Positions 8,540 to 18,410 of a stretch of DNA of 64,000 bases are shown piece after piece. Numbering within the stretch: position 1 is the stretch's first letter; each line of letters opens with the position of its first letter. The stretch comes from Alistipes senegalensis (GTDB lineage: Bacteria > Bacteroidota > Bacteroidia > Bacteroidales > Rikenellaceae), in NCBI GenBank assembly GCA_023664045.1, contig JAMPGH010000001.1, positions 717,693 through 781,692 of the forward strand, in the 5' to 3' direction. The notes beneath the pieces were generated by a model, which saw nothing but the letters and a program-made list of their open reading frames with translations, made no database searches and was not told where the DNA came from. The position numbers and the translations under genes were made by a program.

Positions 8540-10530
8540 CGGTCGGATGGTTGGATTTTCAGAACGAAGCCGCCGCCGGGAGCGAGGTGTATGCGTAAGG
8601 GGCGTGCGGGGTCGATGCGGAGCGTTTCGCGTTTGTAGTCCGAGGCCTTGCGGTCGGCATTCGCGCCGTCGCGATAGAGTTCGGCGTCGGAGATTCCGCC
8701 GAGGAACGAAAGGTCGGCTTCCAGATCGCGGGGCGTCCAGTCCGTGATGCCGCCCACGTACCACGTCGAACCTTTGCGTCGGGCCATGAGGATGTATTCG
8801 CCCAGACGGCCGGAGAGGATGCGCGTTTCGTCCCACACGGTGGGGATCGCGGTGATGAACTCCGTGCATTCGGGCTCCTGCAGGTAGGCGGTCGGCGAAT
8901 CGCAAAGCATGTCGAGCGGCGAATCGAGCACCACGTAGAGGGCCAGCTGGTGGCAGCGGGTGCCCTGACTCATGGGTTCCGAATTGATGGGGCGGTAGTT
9001 GCCGCGCGAGGCGTTGCGCATGGCTCCCTGCGTGTAGTCCATCGGTCCGGCGACCTGACGGATGAAGGGGATCGTGGCGTCGTAGCGCATCTGGTCGACC
9101 GATTCATGGCTCCATTTCATCTGTTCCAAGCCGTGTACGCCTTCGAAGTTCAGGACGTTGGGCCACGTGCGGTTCAGGCCGGCGGGTTTGTGAGTGCCGT
9201 GCAGATCGAGGATCAGCCGGTATTTGGCGGCGGTCGCGGCGGCCCGATGGTTGAAGCGGGTCATCTGCTGGTCGTCGCGGTCCATGAAGTCGACCTTGAA
9301 GCCCTTGATTCCCATGTCGGAATAGTGCTTGCAGACCGCTTCCATGTCGCGGTCGAAAGCCCAGTAGCCGGCCCAGAGGATGATGCCGACGCTGCGCTCG
9401 CGGCCGTAGTCCACGATCTCGGGCAAGTCGATTTCCGGGACCACCTGCATCAGGTCGGCCTGCCCGTTGACGGCCCATCCCTCGTCGAGAATGACGTATT
9501 CGATGCCGTTCTGGGCGGCGAAGTCGATGTAGTATTTATAGGTCTCGGTGTTGACGCCGGCACGAAAGTCGACGCCCGCGATGTTCCAGTCGTTCCACCA
9601 CTCCCATGCCACTTTGCCCGGGCGGATCCACGAGGTGTCGTCGATCTTCGAGGGTGCGGCCAGCAGGTAGCTCAGGTCGCTGGCGGCGATCTCGGTGTCG
9701 GTGCCCACGACGGCGATGCGCCACGGGAAGGTCCGCGGTCCGGCGACTCGGGCGATGTAGGGCTCGCGCTCCTCGACGATCATCTGCAGGTTGTTGTGGC
9801 CGCCCTGCACCGTACGTGCAGGGTAGGGGGCGAAGCGGCCCTTCAGCGAGGTGCCGCCGTCGTTGTTGCAGAGGTAGAGCCCCGGATAGTCGTCGAGGTC
9901 GCTCTCCGTGATACAGAGCTTCGCCCCCTCGCCTGCGTCCACGACCAGAGGCAGGAATGCTAGACGCCGAGGATTCAGCTTCGAAAGCGGGACCGTCGTG
10001 TAGGTGTTCTCGAACGAGTTGCGGAACTGCGATTCGAAGTCGCCGTCGTGGCCGACCGCTACGTAGGGCAGCGTGGCCGCGAAGTCGTCGGGGAAGCGGT
10101 ATTCCGCCTGCTCGGCCGCGATGTCGAAAGGCTTTTTCGAGGTCGTGGCGAAGCGGTAGGCGATGCCGTCGTCGTAGGCGCGGAACTCCACCGACCAGTC
10201 GCCGCGCATCTTCAGCGTCAGGGCGTTGTAGTGGTCGCGGACCTCCGCCGAACGGTACAGCGGCGAGGGAACGGCGGTGTCGACGCTCGTGCGCGAAGTG
10301 CGCAGCACCCGGGCCGAGGGACCCCATGTGTGGCCGTCGGCGAGCGTCAGCGCGATGGGCGAGGCCTGCATCAGCGTGCGGCCGTCGAGGACGATGTCGT
10401 AGGTCAGGGTTTCGCCCGCTGCGATCGTAGTGCGGAGACGGCCGTCGGGCGAGGAGAGCGTGTAGGTAGTTTGTGCCCGTGCGCTCAGGAGGCAGGCGCA
10501 GGCGAGGGCAGATAGCAGCAGTCGTTTCAT
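8536..10530 (-). CDS. GH97 alpha-glycosidase, retaining type (Asp nucleophile)
   Basis: SWIRPGKVAWEWWN, YIDFAA, ILDEGW, GFKVDFMDRDDQ, GPMDYTQG. Confidence 0.93.
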   Translation of the reverse strand: MKRLLLSALACACLLSARAQTTYTLSSPDGRLRTTIAAGETLTYDIVLDGRTLMQASPIALTLADGHTWGPSARVLRTSRTSVDTAVPSPLYRSAEVRDHYNALTLKMRGDWSVEFRAYDDGIAYRFATTSKKPFDIAAEQAEYRFPDDFAATLPYVAVGHDGDFESQFRNSFENTYTTVPLSKLNPRRLAFLPLVVDAGEGAKLCITESDLDDYPGLYLCNNDGGTSLKGRFAPYPARTVQGGHNNLQMIVEEREPYIARVAGPRTFPWRIAVVGTDTEIAASDLSYLLAAPSKIDDTSWIRPGKVAWEWWNDWNIAGVDFRAGVNTETYKYYIDFAAQNGIEYVILDEGWAVNGQADLMQVVPEIDLPEIVDYGRERSVGIILWAGYWAFDRDMEAVCKHYSDMGIKGFKVDFMDRDDQQMTRFNHRAAATAAKYRLILDLHGTHKPAGLNRTWPNVLNFEGVHGLEQMKWSHESVDQMRYDATIPFIRQVAGPMDYTQGAMRNASRGNYRPINSEPMSQGTRCHQLALYVVLDSPLDMLCDSPTAYLQEPECTEFITAIPTVWDETRILSGRLGEYILMARRKGSTWYVGGITDWTPRDLEADLSFLGGISDAELYRDGANADRKASDYKRETLRIDPARPLRIHLAPGGGFVLKIQPSDR

Positions 10531-10537
10531 GTCGGTT

Positions 10538-12349
10538 CTATTCGTTCAGGGCATTGCAGATTCGTCGGTTGATGCGGCGAAGACGTTCTTCGTCGAGTTT
10601 CATGACCTTGCGGTCGTAGGTCATCAGGCCGTTCACCTCGATCTCCACGTCCGTGGTCTGGGTATATACCGCCGCCGAGAAGCCGCGGCCGATCAGGTCG
10701 TAGAGCTTGTCGGCGTATTTCTCGTATTCCCGGGTTACCTCCTCGGGCGACGAGAAGCTGATGTATCCCCAGTTGCGGTCGGGTTCCCACAGGTGGCCGC
10801 CGACGACCAGCCCGATGCCGCCGTATTCGCCCAGCACGGTGGCGCGTCCGGCATCGTAAAGATACAAAAAAGGATCGGGATAATTGTGCAGGTCGAGCAA
10901 ATCGCCCGTGAGATAGTGGTTGCCGCCGCTGGCGGGGTCGACCAAGCGCGTCGGATCGTACATCTTCGTCCACTCGGCGATTTCGACGGTCTTGAACTGT
11001 CCCCACGCTTCGTTGAAAGGCACCCAGACGCCGATCGAGGGGAACGTGCGCAGGCAGTCGACGATCTCGCGCCACTCCTTGCGGTAGCAGGCTTCCGAGG
11101 CTGCGGAGCGCTGTTTCTCCTCGCCCGTGAAGTAGTTCTTGTCCTGCCACTGGGGTTTGCGGTCGGCCTGATCGCCGCTGGGCATATCCTGCCAAACGAT
11201 CATGCCCAGCCGGTCGCAATGCCAGTACCAGCGGGCCGGTTCGACCTTGATGTGTTTGCGGATCATGTTGAAACCCCACTCTTTGGTTTTTTCGATGTCG
11301 TAGCGAAGGGCTTCGTCCGTCGGCGCGGTGTAGAGCCCGTCGGGCCACCAGCCCTGATCCAGCGGTCCGAACTGGAAGAGCGACCGGTCGTTCAGGCAGA
11401 GGCGGACGATGCCTGCAGCGTCTTTCGCCGTGGAGAATTTGCGCATGGCCGCGTAGCTCGTTACGCGATCGACGACCTTGCCGTCGCGAACCAGTGCGAT
11501 CTCCAGATCGTAGAGGTACGGCGACGAGGGGCTCCACAGCTTCGGTTCGGCAACGTGGAGTTCGATTTCCGCACTGCACAGCGCCGCGGCTGTCGTTACG
11601 ACGGTGCCGCTGTCGCGAAGCGTCGCTTCGATGCGGTCGCCGGGCCGGGCGTCGCAGACTTCGGCTGCGAGGCGGAAAGTTTTGCGGTCGAGATCGGGTG
11701 TCGCGACGACGTTGCGGATATATTGCTGCGGCACGGCTTCGAGCCATACCGTCTGCCAGATTCCCGTAACGGGCGTATACCAGATCCCTTCGGGAGCGGC
11801 GACCTGCTTGCCGCGCGGCTGATGGCCGGCGTCCGTGGGGTCCCATACCCGCACGCGCAGCGTGTTGCCGCCCTTGCGCAGCGCCTCCGTGATGTCGAAC
11901 TCGAAGGGCGTGTAGCCGCCTTCGTGGCGACCGACGTTCACGCCGTTCACCCAGACGTCGGCCCGCCAGTCGACGGCTCCGAAGTGCAGCAGCACGCGCT
12001 TGCCGCTCCACTTGGCGGGCAGGGCGAAGCTGCGTTCGTACCACAGCTCCTGCTTTTCGCCCACGGTGCGGCCTACGCCCGAGAGCGACGATTCGGCGGC
12101 GAAAGGCACCAGAATCTCGCCGTCCCACGTCGCGGGCTGCCCGCCCAGCGGGAGGATGGCGTAGTTCCACAGGCCGTTGAGGTTGAGCCACTCCTTGCGG
12201 ACCAGCTGGGGCCGCGGATATTCGGGCAGGACGTTTTGCGGGTCGAGGGTTTCGCTCCAGCGGGTCCGGATGCGGTCGCCGGCGGGTCGCCACTGGGCCG
12301 AGGCTGTCAGCGCCGAAAAGAGGGCTGTGAGGATCAACAGTTTTTTCAT
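10538..12349 (-). CDS. GH2 beta-galactosidase-like hydrolase (candidate beta-galactofuranosidase subgroup)
   Basis: EYPRPQ, LHFGAVDW, GPLDQGWWPDGLYTAP, RKHIKVE, WVPFNEAWGQ, GEYGG. Confidence 0.88.
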   Translation of the reverse strand: MKKLLILTALFSALTASAQWRPAGDRIRTRWSETLDPQNVLPEYPRPQLVRKEWLNLNGLWNYAILPLGGQPATWDGEILVPFAAESSLSGVGRTVGEKQELWYERSFALPAKWSGKRVLLHFGAVDWRADVWVNGVNVGRHEGGYTPFEFDITEALRKGGNTLRVRVWDPTDAGHQPRGKQVAAPEGIWYTPVTGIWQTVWLEAVPQQYIRNVVATPDLDRKTFRLAAEVCDARPGDRIEATLRDSGTVVTTAAALCSAEIELHVAEPKLWSPSSPYLYDLEIALVRDGKVVDRVTSYAAMRKFSTAKDAAGIVRLCLNDRSLFQFGPLDQGWWPDGLYTAPTDEALRYDIEKTKEWGFNMIRKHIKVEPARWYWHCDRLGMIVWQDMPSGDQADRKPQWQDKNYFTGEEKQRSAASEACYRKEWREIVDCLRTFPSIGVWVPFNEAWGQFKTVEIAEWTKMYDPTRLVDPASGGNHYLTGDLLDLHNYPDPFLYLYDAGRATVLGEYGGIGLVVGGHLWEPDRNWGYISFSSPEEVTREYEKYADKLYDLIGRGFSAAVYTQTTDVEIEVNGLMTYDRKVMKLDEERLRRINRRICNALNE

Positions 12350-12350
12350 G

Positions 12351-14810
12351 TCAGTCGAGGATGATGGTTTGCGAAAGTTTCAGGTCGCGCGACGAAGAGC
12401 CCACCGAGACGATGAACTCGCCCGGTTCGACCGTGAAGTCGTGGCGGACGATGTCGTAGTAGGCGAAAGCGTCGCGGTCGAGGAGGATCTCCACCCGCTT
12501 CGTCCGGCCGGGCGCCAGCGTGATGCGTTCATAACCCTTGAGCTCCTTTTCGGGGCGGGCGACGCTCGCTTCGCAGTCGCTCACGTAGAGCTGCGCCGTC
12601 TCCGTGCCGGTGCGCTTGCCGGTGTTCGTTACGTCGAACGAGACCTTCCAGCTCTCGCCGGCGGGTTCTATGCGCAGGTTGTCGTAGGAGAACGTCGTGT
12701 AGCTCAGTCCGTAGCCGAACGGATACATCGGCTCGGTGCCCGTGCGGTCGTAGCCGCGGTAACCGACGAAGACGCCCTCGTTGTAGCAGACGCGCGACAG
12801 GGGGCTCTGCTGGAATCGGAAGACGTTCTCGCGGTAGTTGTCATAGACGGGATTCTCCTCCGGGCGGCGCTCGATCGAGATGGGCAGGCGGCCGCTCGGA
12901 TTGGTGCGGCCCGTGAGGATGTCGGCCACGGCCGTGCCGCCCTCCTGTCCGGGATACCACGCCAGCAGCACGGCCTGCGCCTTGTCGGCGATCTGCGTGC
13001 AGTCGAAGCCGCCGCCGGCGTTGACGACGACGATCAGGCGGGGGTTCCGAGCCGCTGCGGCGGCGATCTCTTCGATTTGCTCGTCGGGCAGCGAGAACGG
13101 CCGGTCGAAGTTCTCGCCCTCCGAGGTCTTGTCGAAGCCGGCGCAGTAGACTACGGCGTCCGCCGCGGCGAGGGCCCGTTCCTGCTCGGCCGGGATGCAG
13201 CTCGCATATTGCAGCCGGATCTCCGCCGTGCGTACGTTGTCGTAGAATTCCAGCCGGATGTCGTAGCTGCGGCCCGCTTCGACGTCGAGCGTCGCCGACT
13301 GAGTGGAGAGACTATGGTCGGACCAGTGTTCCGCAACCTCCTCTCCGTCGACGAAGAGCCGGTAGCCGTCGTCGCCGCTTACGGTGAAGATCGCCCGTTG
13401 CGACTTCTTCGGCCGGAAGGTGCCTGTCCAGCAGGCCGAGAAATGATCTTCGGGAACACCCTCGGCGGGGGATCCCGCCCAGTAGAAATCGATCGCACGG
13501 TCGGACGTCGTTACGACGGGAGCGCCCTCCAGCGTCCGGTTGGCGAAGAACGCGCCCCGCAACCCGGGTTGGCCGTCCGGTGCGAAGAAGAGTCCGGTCG
13601 CAGCCAGATCGGTCGTGCCTGCAGGTACGAGACACGTCGTCCGGAAGCCTTTTTCGGCCTGCAGCCCCTGCGCGATCGAGACGTATTCGAACGGCGAGCC
13701 TTCGCCCGAGCCGCCGCCCATCGGGAGCTTCGCGGCGTTGGGACCCAGCACCGCCACCTTGCGGATTTTGCGGCCGAAAGGCAGCAATCCGTCGTTCTTG
13801 AGCAGCACCATCGAACGGCGGGCCACCTCCAGTGCCGTGGCGTCTGATTCGGGATTGCGCTCCGGAATCGAGGTATCCTGCTGCTCGCGGTCCAGAAAGC
13901 CGAAAGCGATGAGCGCCTGCAGGATGTGCCGGCACTTTTCGTCAATGGTCCGCTCCTCGATAATGCCCGTGGCCAGCGCTTGGCGCAGGTTCTCGGGGTT
14001 GGTGTAGCGGGCTCCCGGCATCTCGAGATCGAGGCCGTTGTTCACGGGGCCGACGACCGAGTAGGTGGCGTCCCAGTCCGACATGAAGATGCCCTCGAAA
14101 CCCCACTTTTCGCGCAACACGCCGACGGCAAGGTCGCGGTTCTCGGTCATGTGCTGGCCGTTGACGAGGTTGTAGCTCGACATGACGGCGCCGACACCGG
14201 CCTTTTCGACCGCCTTGCGGAACGTCGGGAGGTAGATTTCATGCAGCGTCCGCTCGTCGATGTCGGACGAGACGTGGTGGCGGTCCCACTCCTGATTGTT
14301 GCCGCAGAAGTGCTTGATCGTCGCCATGACGCCCTCGGCCTGCATGCCTTCGATATAGGCTTCGGCCGTCTCCGAGGCCAGATAGGGATCTTCGCCGTAG
14401 TACTCGAAGTTGCGGCCGCAGAGGGGCGAGCGGTAGATGTTCACGCCGGGGCCCAACATGATATGCACGCCGCGGGCGCGCGCGTCGCGCCCCAGCGAGC
14501 GTCCGTAGGCGCGGGCCAGCGAACGATCCCACGCGGCGGCCAGTGCGATGCCGCAGGGGTAGAGCGTGCTGCGCGTGTCGTTGCGTACGCACTGCGGTCC
14601 GTCGGCCATGCGGATTTCGGGAATGCCCAGCCGCGGAATCGCGCGGATGCAGAAAGCGTCGTAGCCCCCGATGTAGGATAGTTTCTCTTCTAAAGTCATC
14701 CGCGAGACCAGCGAAGCGGCGCGCTCTTTCGCTTCGGGAGTGATGCGCTGTGCCGAAAGGGCGAAAGAACACCCCGTCAGGACCAATGTGAATAAAAGTC
14801 GTTTCATCAT
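12351..14810 (-). CDS. GH3 beta-glycosidase with PA14 insertion
   Basis: MADGP, GRNFEYYGEDP, IKHF, FMSDW, PA14 motif GDDGYRLFVDG, PFGYGLSYT. Confidence 0.93.
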   Translation of the reverse strand: MMKRLLFTLVLTGCSFALSAQRITPEAKERAASLVSRMTLEEKLSYIGGYDAFCIRAIPRLGIPEIRMADGPQCVRNDTRSTLYPCGIALAAAWDRSLARAYGRSLGRDARARGVHIMLGPGVNIYRSPLCGRNFEYYGEDPYLASETAEAYIEGMQAEGVMATIKHFCGNNQEWDRHHVSSDIDERTLHEIYLPTFRKAVEKAGVGAVMSSYNLVNGQHMTENRDLAVGVLREKWGFEGIFMSDWDATYSVVGPVNNGLDLEMPGARYTNPENLRQALATGIIEERTIDEKCRHILQALIAFGFLDREQQDTSIPERNPESDATALEVARRSMVLLKNDGLLPFGRKIRKVAVLGPNAAKLPMGGGSGEGSPFEYVSIAQGLQAEKGFRTTCLVPAGTTDLAATGLFFAPDGQPGLRGAFFANRTLEGAPVVTTSDRAIDFYWAGSPAEGVPEDHFSACWTGTFRPKKSQRAIFTVSGDDGYRLFVDGEEVAEHWSDHSLSTQSATLDVEAGRSYDIRLEFYDNVRTAEIRLQYASCIPAEQERALAAADAVVYCAGFDKTSEGENFDRPFSLPDEQIEEIAAAAARNPRLIVVVNAGGGFDCTQIADKAQAVLLAWYPGQEGGTAVADILTGRTNPSGRLPISIERRPEENPVYDNYRENVFRFQQSPLSRVCYNEGVFVGYRGYDRTGTEPMYPFGYGLSYTTFSYDNLRIEPAGESWKVSFDVTNTGKRTGTETAQLYVSDCEASVARPEKELKGYERITLAPGRTKRVEILLDRDAFAYYDIVRHDFTVEPGEFIVSVGSSSRDLKLSQTIILD

Positions 14811-14833
14811 GGATCGGTAGTTTGATTTGCAAA

Positions 14834-14841
14834 CAAAATTA
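14834..14841 (-). promoter_or_regulatory. -7 element (TAATTTTG) of the PUL left operon
   Basis: TAnnTTTG 23 nt before the GH3 start. Confidence 0.7.
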
Positions 14842-14861
14842 CGAGGAATATTCGACCGGAA

Positions 14862-14898
14862 CCTTAAAAAAGAGTGCAAACATGTAAAGAAATCTTGC
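14862..14898 (-). promoter_or_regulatory. Putative HTCS operator (21-bp-period direct repeat), left operon
   Basis: Minus strand GCAAGATTTCTTTACA and GCACTCTTTTTTAAGG, period 21, ending 20 nt before the -7 element. Confidence 0.6.
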
Positions 14899-15024
14899 AA
14901 AGTGTTCTTTCCGGCGGAGCGGCGGGGTGCTCCGATGCGGAAAATCGGCGGGAAATACGTTCCGTCCGCAGTCGCGGCGTGCGGCCGATGCGGCTCTCGA
15001 GGGTGCGATGCCGGGTTTTATTTT

Positions 15025-15061
15025 GCATGATTCCTTAATCAATCCGCAAGATTCTTTAATC
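15025..15061 (+). promoter_or_regulatory. Putative HTCS operator (21-bp-period direct repeat), susC operon
   Basis: GCATGATTCCTTAATC and GCAAGATTCTTTAATC (14/16 identical), period 21, ending 20 nt before the -7 element. Confidence 0.7.
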
Positions 15062-15081
15062 TGCGGAGTTTCGAATGTACG

Positions 15082-15089
15082 TAATTTTG
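15082..15089 (+). promoter_or_regulatory. -7 element (TAATTTTG) of the susC operon
   Basis: TAnnTTTG consensus. Confidence 0.7.
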
Positions 15090-15214
15090 CGAAAAAGACG
15101 AAACCCTGTTCAAATCATTCCGAGCCTATGAAAAATCCGAACTCTACCGAACCGGCGATGCGAACGATGAAAGTCCATCGGTCCGAAAAAGACTAACCAA
15201 CCAAACTTCACTTT

Positions 15215-18200
15215 ATGAATCTTAAACATCTACTATTTGCATCCCTGATATGCGGATCGTGCTGCCTGCCGGCCACTGCATCGGCCGCCGATAGCGCAAG
15301 GGAAAGGGAAGCGTCTGCGGCCGACCGGCCGACGGACGAACAACACATCATCGCGGGCCGTGTGATCGACGCCTCGACCAACGAACCGATCGTCGGGGCC
15401 AACGTCATCGTGAAAGGCACCACGCAGGGCACGGCGACGGGAGCCGACGGCCGCTTCTCGCTGCAGGTCGGACGCCGGGCCTCGCTCGACGTCTCCTTCA
15501 TCGGCTACAAGACCCGCACGCTCGATCTCGGCAGCGCTACGGAGATCCTCGTGAAGCTGGAGTCCGACAACCTGCTCGAAGAGGTGGTGGTGGTCGGCGC
15601 CGGCGCGCAGAAGAAGATCTCCATCACGGGCGCCATCGCTTCGGTGGCGGGCGAGGAGCTGAAGTTCCCCTCCTCGTCGCTGACCTCGGGTCTGGCCGGC
15701 AAGCTGGCGGGCGTGGTTTCGATGACCACGTCGGGCGAACCGGGCGCGACCACCGACTTCTACATCCGCGGCGTGGGGACGTTCGGCGGCCGCTCCACGC
15801 CGCTCATCCTGTTGGACGACGTCGAAATTTCGTCGGGCGACCTGAACCGCATTCCGGCCGAGACCATCGAGAGCTTCACCATTCTCAAGGATGCCTCCGC
15901 CACGGCGATCTACGGCGTGCGCGGCGCCAACGGCGTGATGCTCGTTACCACGAAGAAAGGTCAGGAGAACACGCGCGCCAAGATCGGCGTAACGCTCGAA
16001 AATTCGTTCGTGCAGCCGATGAAATTCCCGCGGTTCGTCGACGGCGCGACATGGATGGAGCTCTACAACGAGGGCATGCTGGCCCGCGGCGCCGAGGCCG
16101 AAAAATACACGACCGAGCAGATCGAGATGACGCGCAGCCATGCCGCACCTTATATATATCCCGATGTCGACTGGCGCAAGATGCTGTTCCGCAACTTCAA
16201 CATGAACCAGCGCGCCAACATCAACATTCAGGGCGGCGGCAACCGGGCGACCTACTACATGAGTCTCCAATTCAATCATGATTCGGGTATCGTCGACGCG
16301 CCGCGAGACTACTATTTCGACAACAACATCCGCAACTTCAGCTACAATTTCCAGAACAACATCTCCTACAAGCTCACTTCGTCCACCGTGCTGGACCTGC
16401 ATCTCAACGCACAGATGGGTTCGAGCCGCGGTCCGGCCGAGGGGGCTTCGAAGCTGTTCGAGTACATGCTCTACGCCAACCCCGTGCAGTTCCCGGCCGT
16501 CTATCCCTCCATGCCGGGCGACGAGCATATCCGTTTCGGTAACGCTTCGTTCAAGGGCAACGAGCTCTACAACAACCCCTATGCGAGCATGCTCGACGAT
16601 CAGGCCCAATACAACTACAGCACGATCAACGTCTCGCTGAAACTCGACCAGAAACTCGATTTCATCACCAAAGGCCTCTCCGTAGCAGGACTGGTCAACT
16701 GGAAGAGCTATGCCAACAAGGTCTATGTGCAGGGGCTCAATCCGACCTACTATACGCTGGTGCCCGACAGCTGGTCGGCTGCCAATCCCCACTGGTTCGA
16801 GACGCAGACCGTCGGCACGCTCGGCGACGAATACGTGTGGGAACGCTGGGACAACGGCGACGACCCCAACTCCGACCAGACTTTCTATTTCGATGCCCGC
16901 CTGATGTACAACCGCTCGTTCGCCCGGCACAACCTGAGCGCGCTGCTGATGTACATGATGCGCGAGTACCGCCCGGGCCGCAGTCTGCAGAATGCGGCCA
17001 AAGAGCGTCTGCAACGCAATCAGGGTCTCTCGGGACGCGTAACCTACGATTACGACATGCGCTACTTCGCCGAATTCAACTTCGGCTACAACGGCACGGA
17101 GCGTCTGCCCGAAGGGAGCCGCTTCGAGTTCTTCCCCGCCGTATCGGTGGGCTGGGTGCCGAGCAACGAGCGTTTCTGGGAGCCCCTCAAGGAGTATGTC
17201 GACTATCTGAAACTCCGTGCTTCATACGGTCTGGTCGGCAGCGACGGCTTCGACGACGCCAACGGCACGCGCCACTTCGTCTACTTCGATCAGGTGGTCA
17301 TCAACGGCGGCGGATGGTACGCCACGGGGCCGTCGGTCGACAATTCGTTCTCCTTCGCCGGTCCGGCCGTCAACGGCTATGCCAGCAGCAACATCCACTG
17401 GGAGCGCGTGAAGAAGTTCGACGTCGGCGTCGACCTCTCGCTCTTCCATCAGGTGAATATCACGTTCGACTACTTCCACGACAAACGCGACCGCATCATG
17501 ATGTCGCGCGCCAACTGGCCCGAAATCTTCGGTTACTTCAACGCCGTGCCGTGGGGACAGGTCGGCAAGGCCGAGAACCGGGGTTACGAGCTGAGTGTCA
17601 ACTGGCACAAGGACTTCAACCGCGACTGGTCGATCGACATGCGCGCCAACTTCACCTATACGCAGAACAAGTTCGTCGAGCGCGACGAACCCGGCTACAC
17701 CTACCCGTGGCAGTACAAGCGCGGCCTGCCGATGGACGGCTACCGCTGGGACGGCTACATCGCCGAGGGGCTTTTCACCAGCGAGGAGGAGATCGCCAAC
17801 AGCCCCACGCAGCTGCTGGGCAGCAATCCGCGCGTGGGCGACATCAAGTACCGCGACCTGAACGGCGACGGCGTAATCAATTCCGACGACATGACGCTCA
17901 TCTCGGAGTACGGCGTTTCGCCGCGCATCCAGTACGGCGTGGGTCTGAATCTGCGCTGGCGCAACTGGGACCTCGGGCTCTTCTTCAACGGCTCGGGCAA
18001 CCGCACGATCATGCTGCACCACAACGGCGGGGATCAGACCGTCATCACTCCGTTCGGCGAGAAGAACAACAACCTCCTGCAGTTCATCGCCGACAATCGC
18101 TGGTCGGCGGACAATCCCGATCCCCATGCCAAGTATCCGCGTCTGGGCATCAGCCACGCCGACGTGGCCAACAACTCGGTCTACAGCTCCTACTGGCTGC

Positions 18201-18385
18201 GCAACGGCCGCTTCATCCGCTTCAAGACCCTCGAGGTGGGCTACAATTTCAAGTACGGCCGCGTCTATGTCAACGGCGACAACCTGGCCGTGTGGAGCCC
18301 CTTCGATCTGTGGGATCCCGAGCTCAACTGGAACACCTATCCCCTGCAGCGGACCTTCACGTTGGGTTTGCAGCTGAAGTTCTAA
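15215..18385 (+). CDS. susC: SusC/RagA TonB-dependent outer-membrane transporter
   Basis: CarboxypepD-like N-terminal domain, LEEVVVVG, LKDASATAIYGVRGANGV, RFEFFPAVSVGW, GDIKYRDLNGDG, C-terminal F. Confidence 0.97.
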   Translation: MNLKHLLFASLICGSCCLPATASAADSAREREASAADRPTDEQHIIAGRVIDASTNEPIVGANVIVKGTTQGTATGADGRFSLQVGRRASLDVSFIGYKTRTLDLGSATEILVKLESDNLLEEVVVVGAGAQKKISITGAIASVAGEELKFPSSSLTSGLAGKLAGVVSMTTSGEPGATTDFYIRGVGTFGGRSTPLILLDDVEISSGDLNRIPAETIESFTILKDASATAIYGVRGANGVMLVTTKKGQENTRAKIGVTLENSFVQPMKFPRFVDGATWMELYNEGMLARGAEAEKYTTEQIEMTRSHAAPYIYPDVDWRKMLFRNFNMNQRANINIQGGGNRATYYMSLQFNHDSGIVDAPRDYYFDNNIRNFSYNFQNNISYKLTSSTVLDLHLNAQMGSSRGPAEGASKLFEYMLYANPVQFPAVYPSMPGDEHIRFGNASFKGNELYNNPYASMLDDQAQYNYSTINVSLKLDQKLDFITKGLSVAGLVNWKSYANKVYVQGLNPTYYTLVPDSWSAANPHWFETQTVGTLGDEYVWERWDNGDDPNSDQTFYFDARLMYNRSFARHNLSALLMYMMREYRPGRSLQNAAKERLQRNQGLSGRVTYDYDMRYFAEFNFGYNGTERLPEGSRFEFFPAVSVGWVPSNERFWEPLKEYVDYLKLRASYGLVGSDGFDDANGTRHFVYFDQVVINGGGWYATGPSVDNSFSFAGPAVNGYASSNIHWERVKKFDVGVDLSLFHQVNITFDYFHDKRDRIMMSRANWPEIFGYFNAVPWGQVGKAENRGYELSVNWHKDFNRDWSIDMRANFTYTQNKFVERDEPGYTYPWQYKRGLPMDGYRWDGYIAEGLFTSEEEIANSPTQLLGSNPRVGDIKYRDLNGDGVINSDDMTLISEYGVSPRIQYGVGLNLRWRNWDLGLFFNGSGNRTIMLHHNGGDQTVITPFGEKNNNLLQFIADNRWSADNPDPHAKYPRLGISHADVANNSVYSSYWLRNGRFIRFKTLEVGYNFKYGRVYVNGDNLAVWSPFDLWDPELNWNTYPLQRTFTLGLQLKF

Positions 18386-18410
18386 GAAATCGCAAAACAT
18401 GACAGACATT

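Noticed and set aside
14811-15214. Invertible (phase-variable) promoter in the PUL intergenic region
   Set aside because: The inverted similarity is short and degenerate, fits two oppositely oriented activator sites, and no recombinase is nearby
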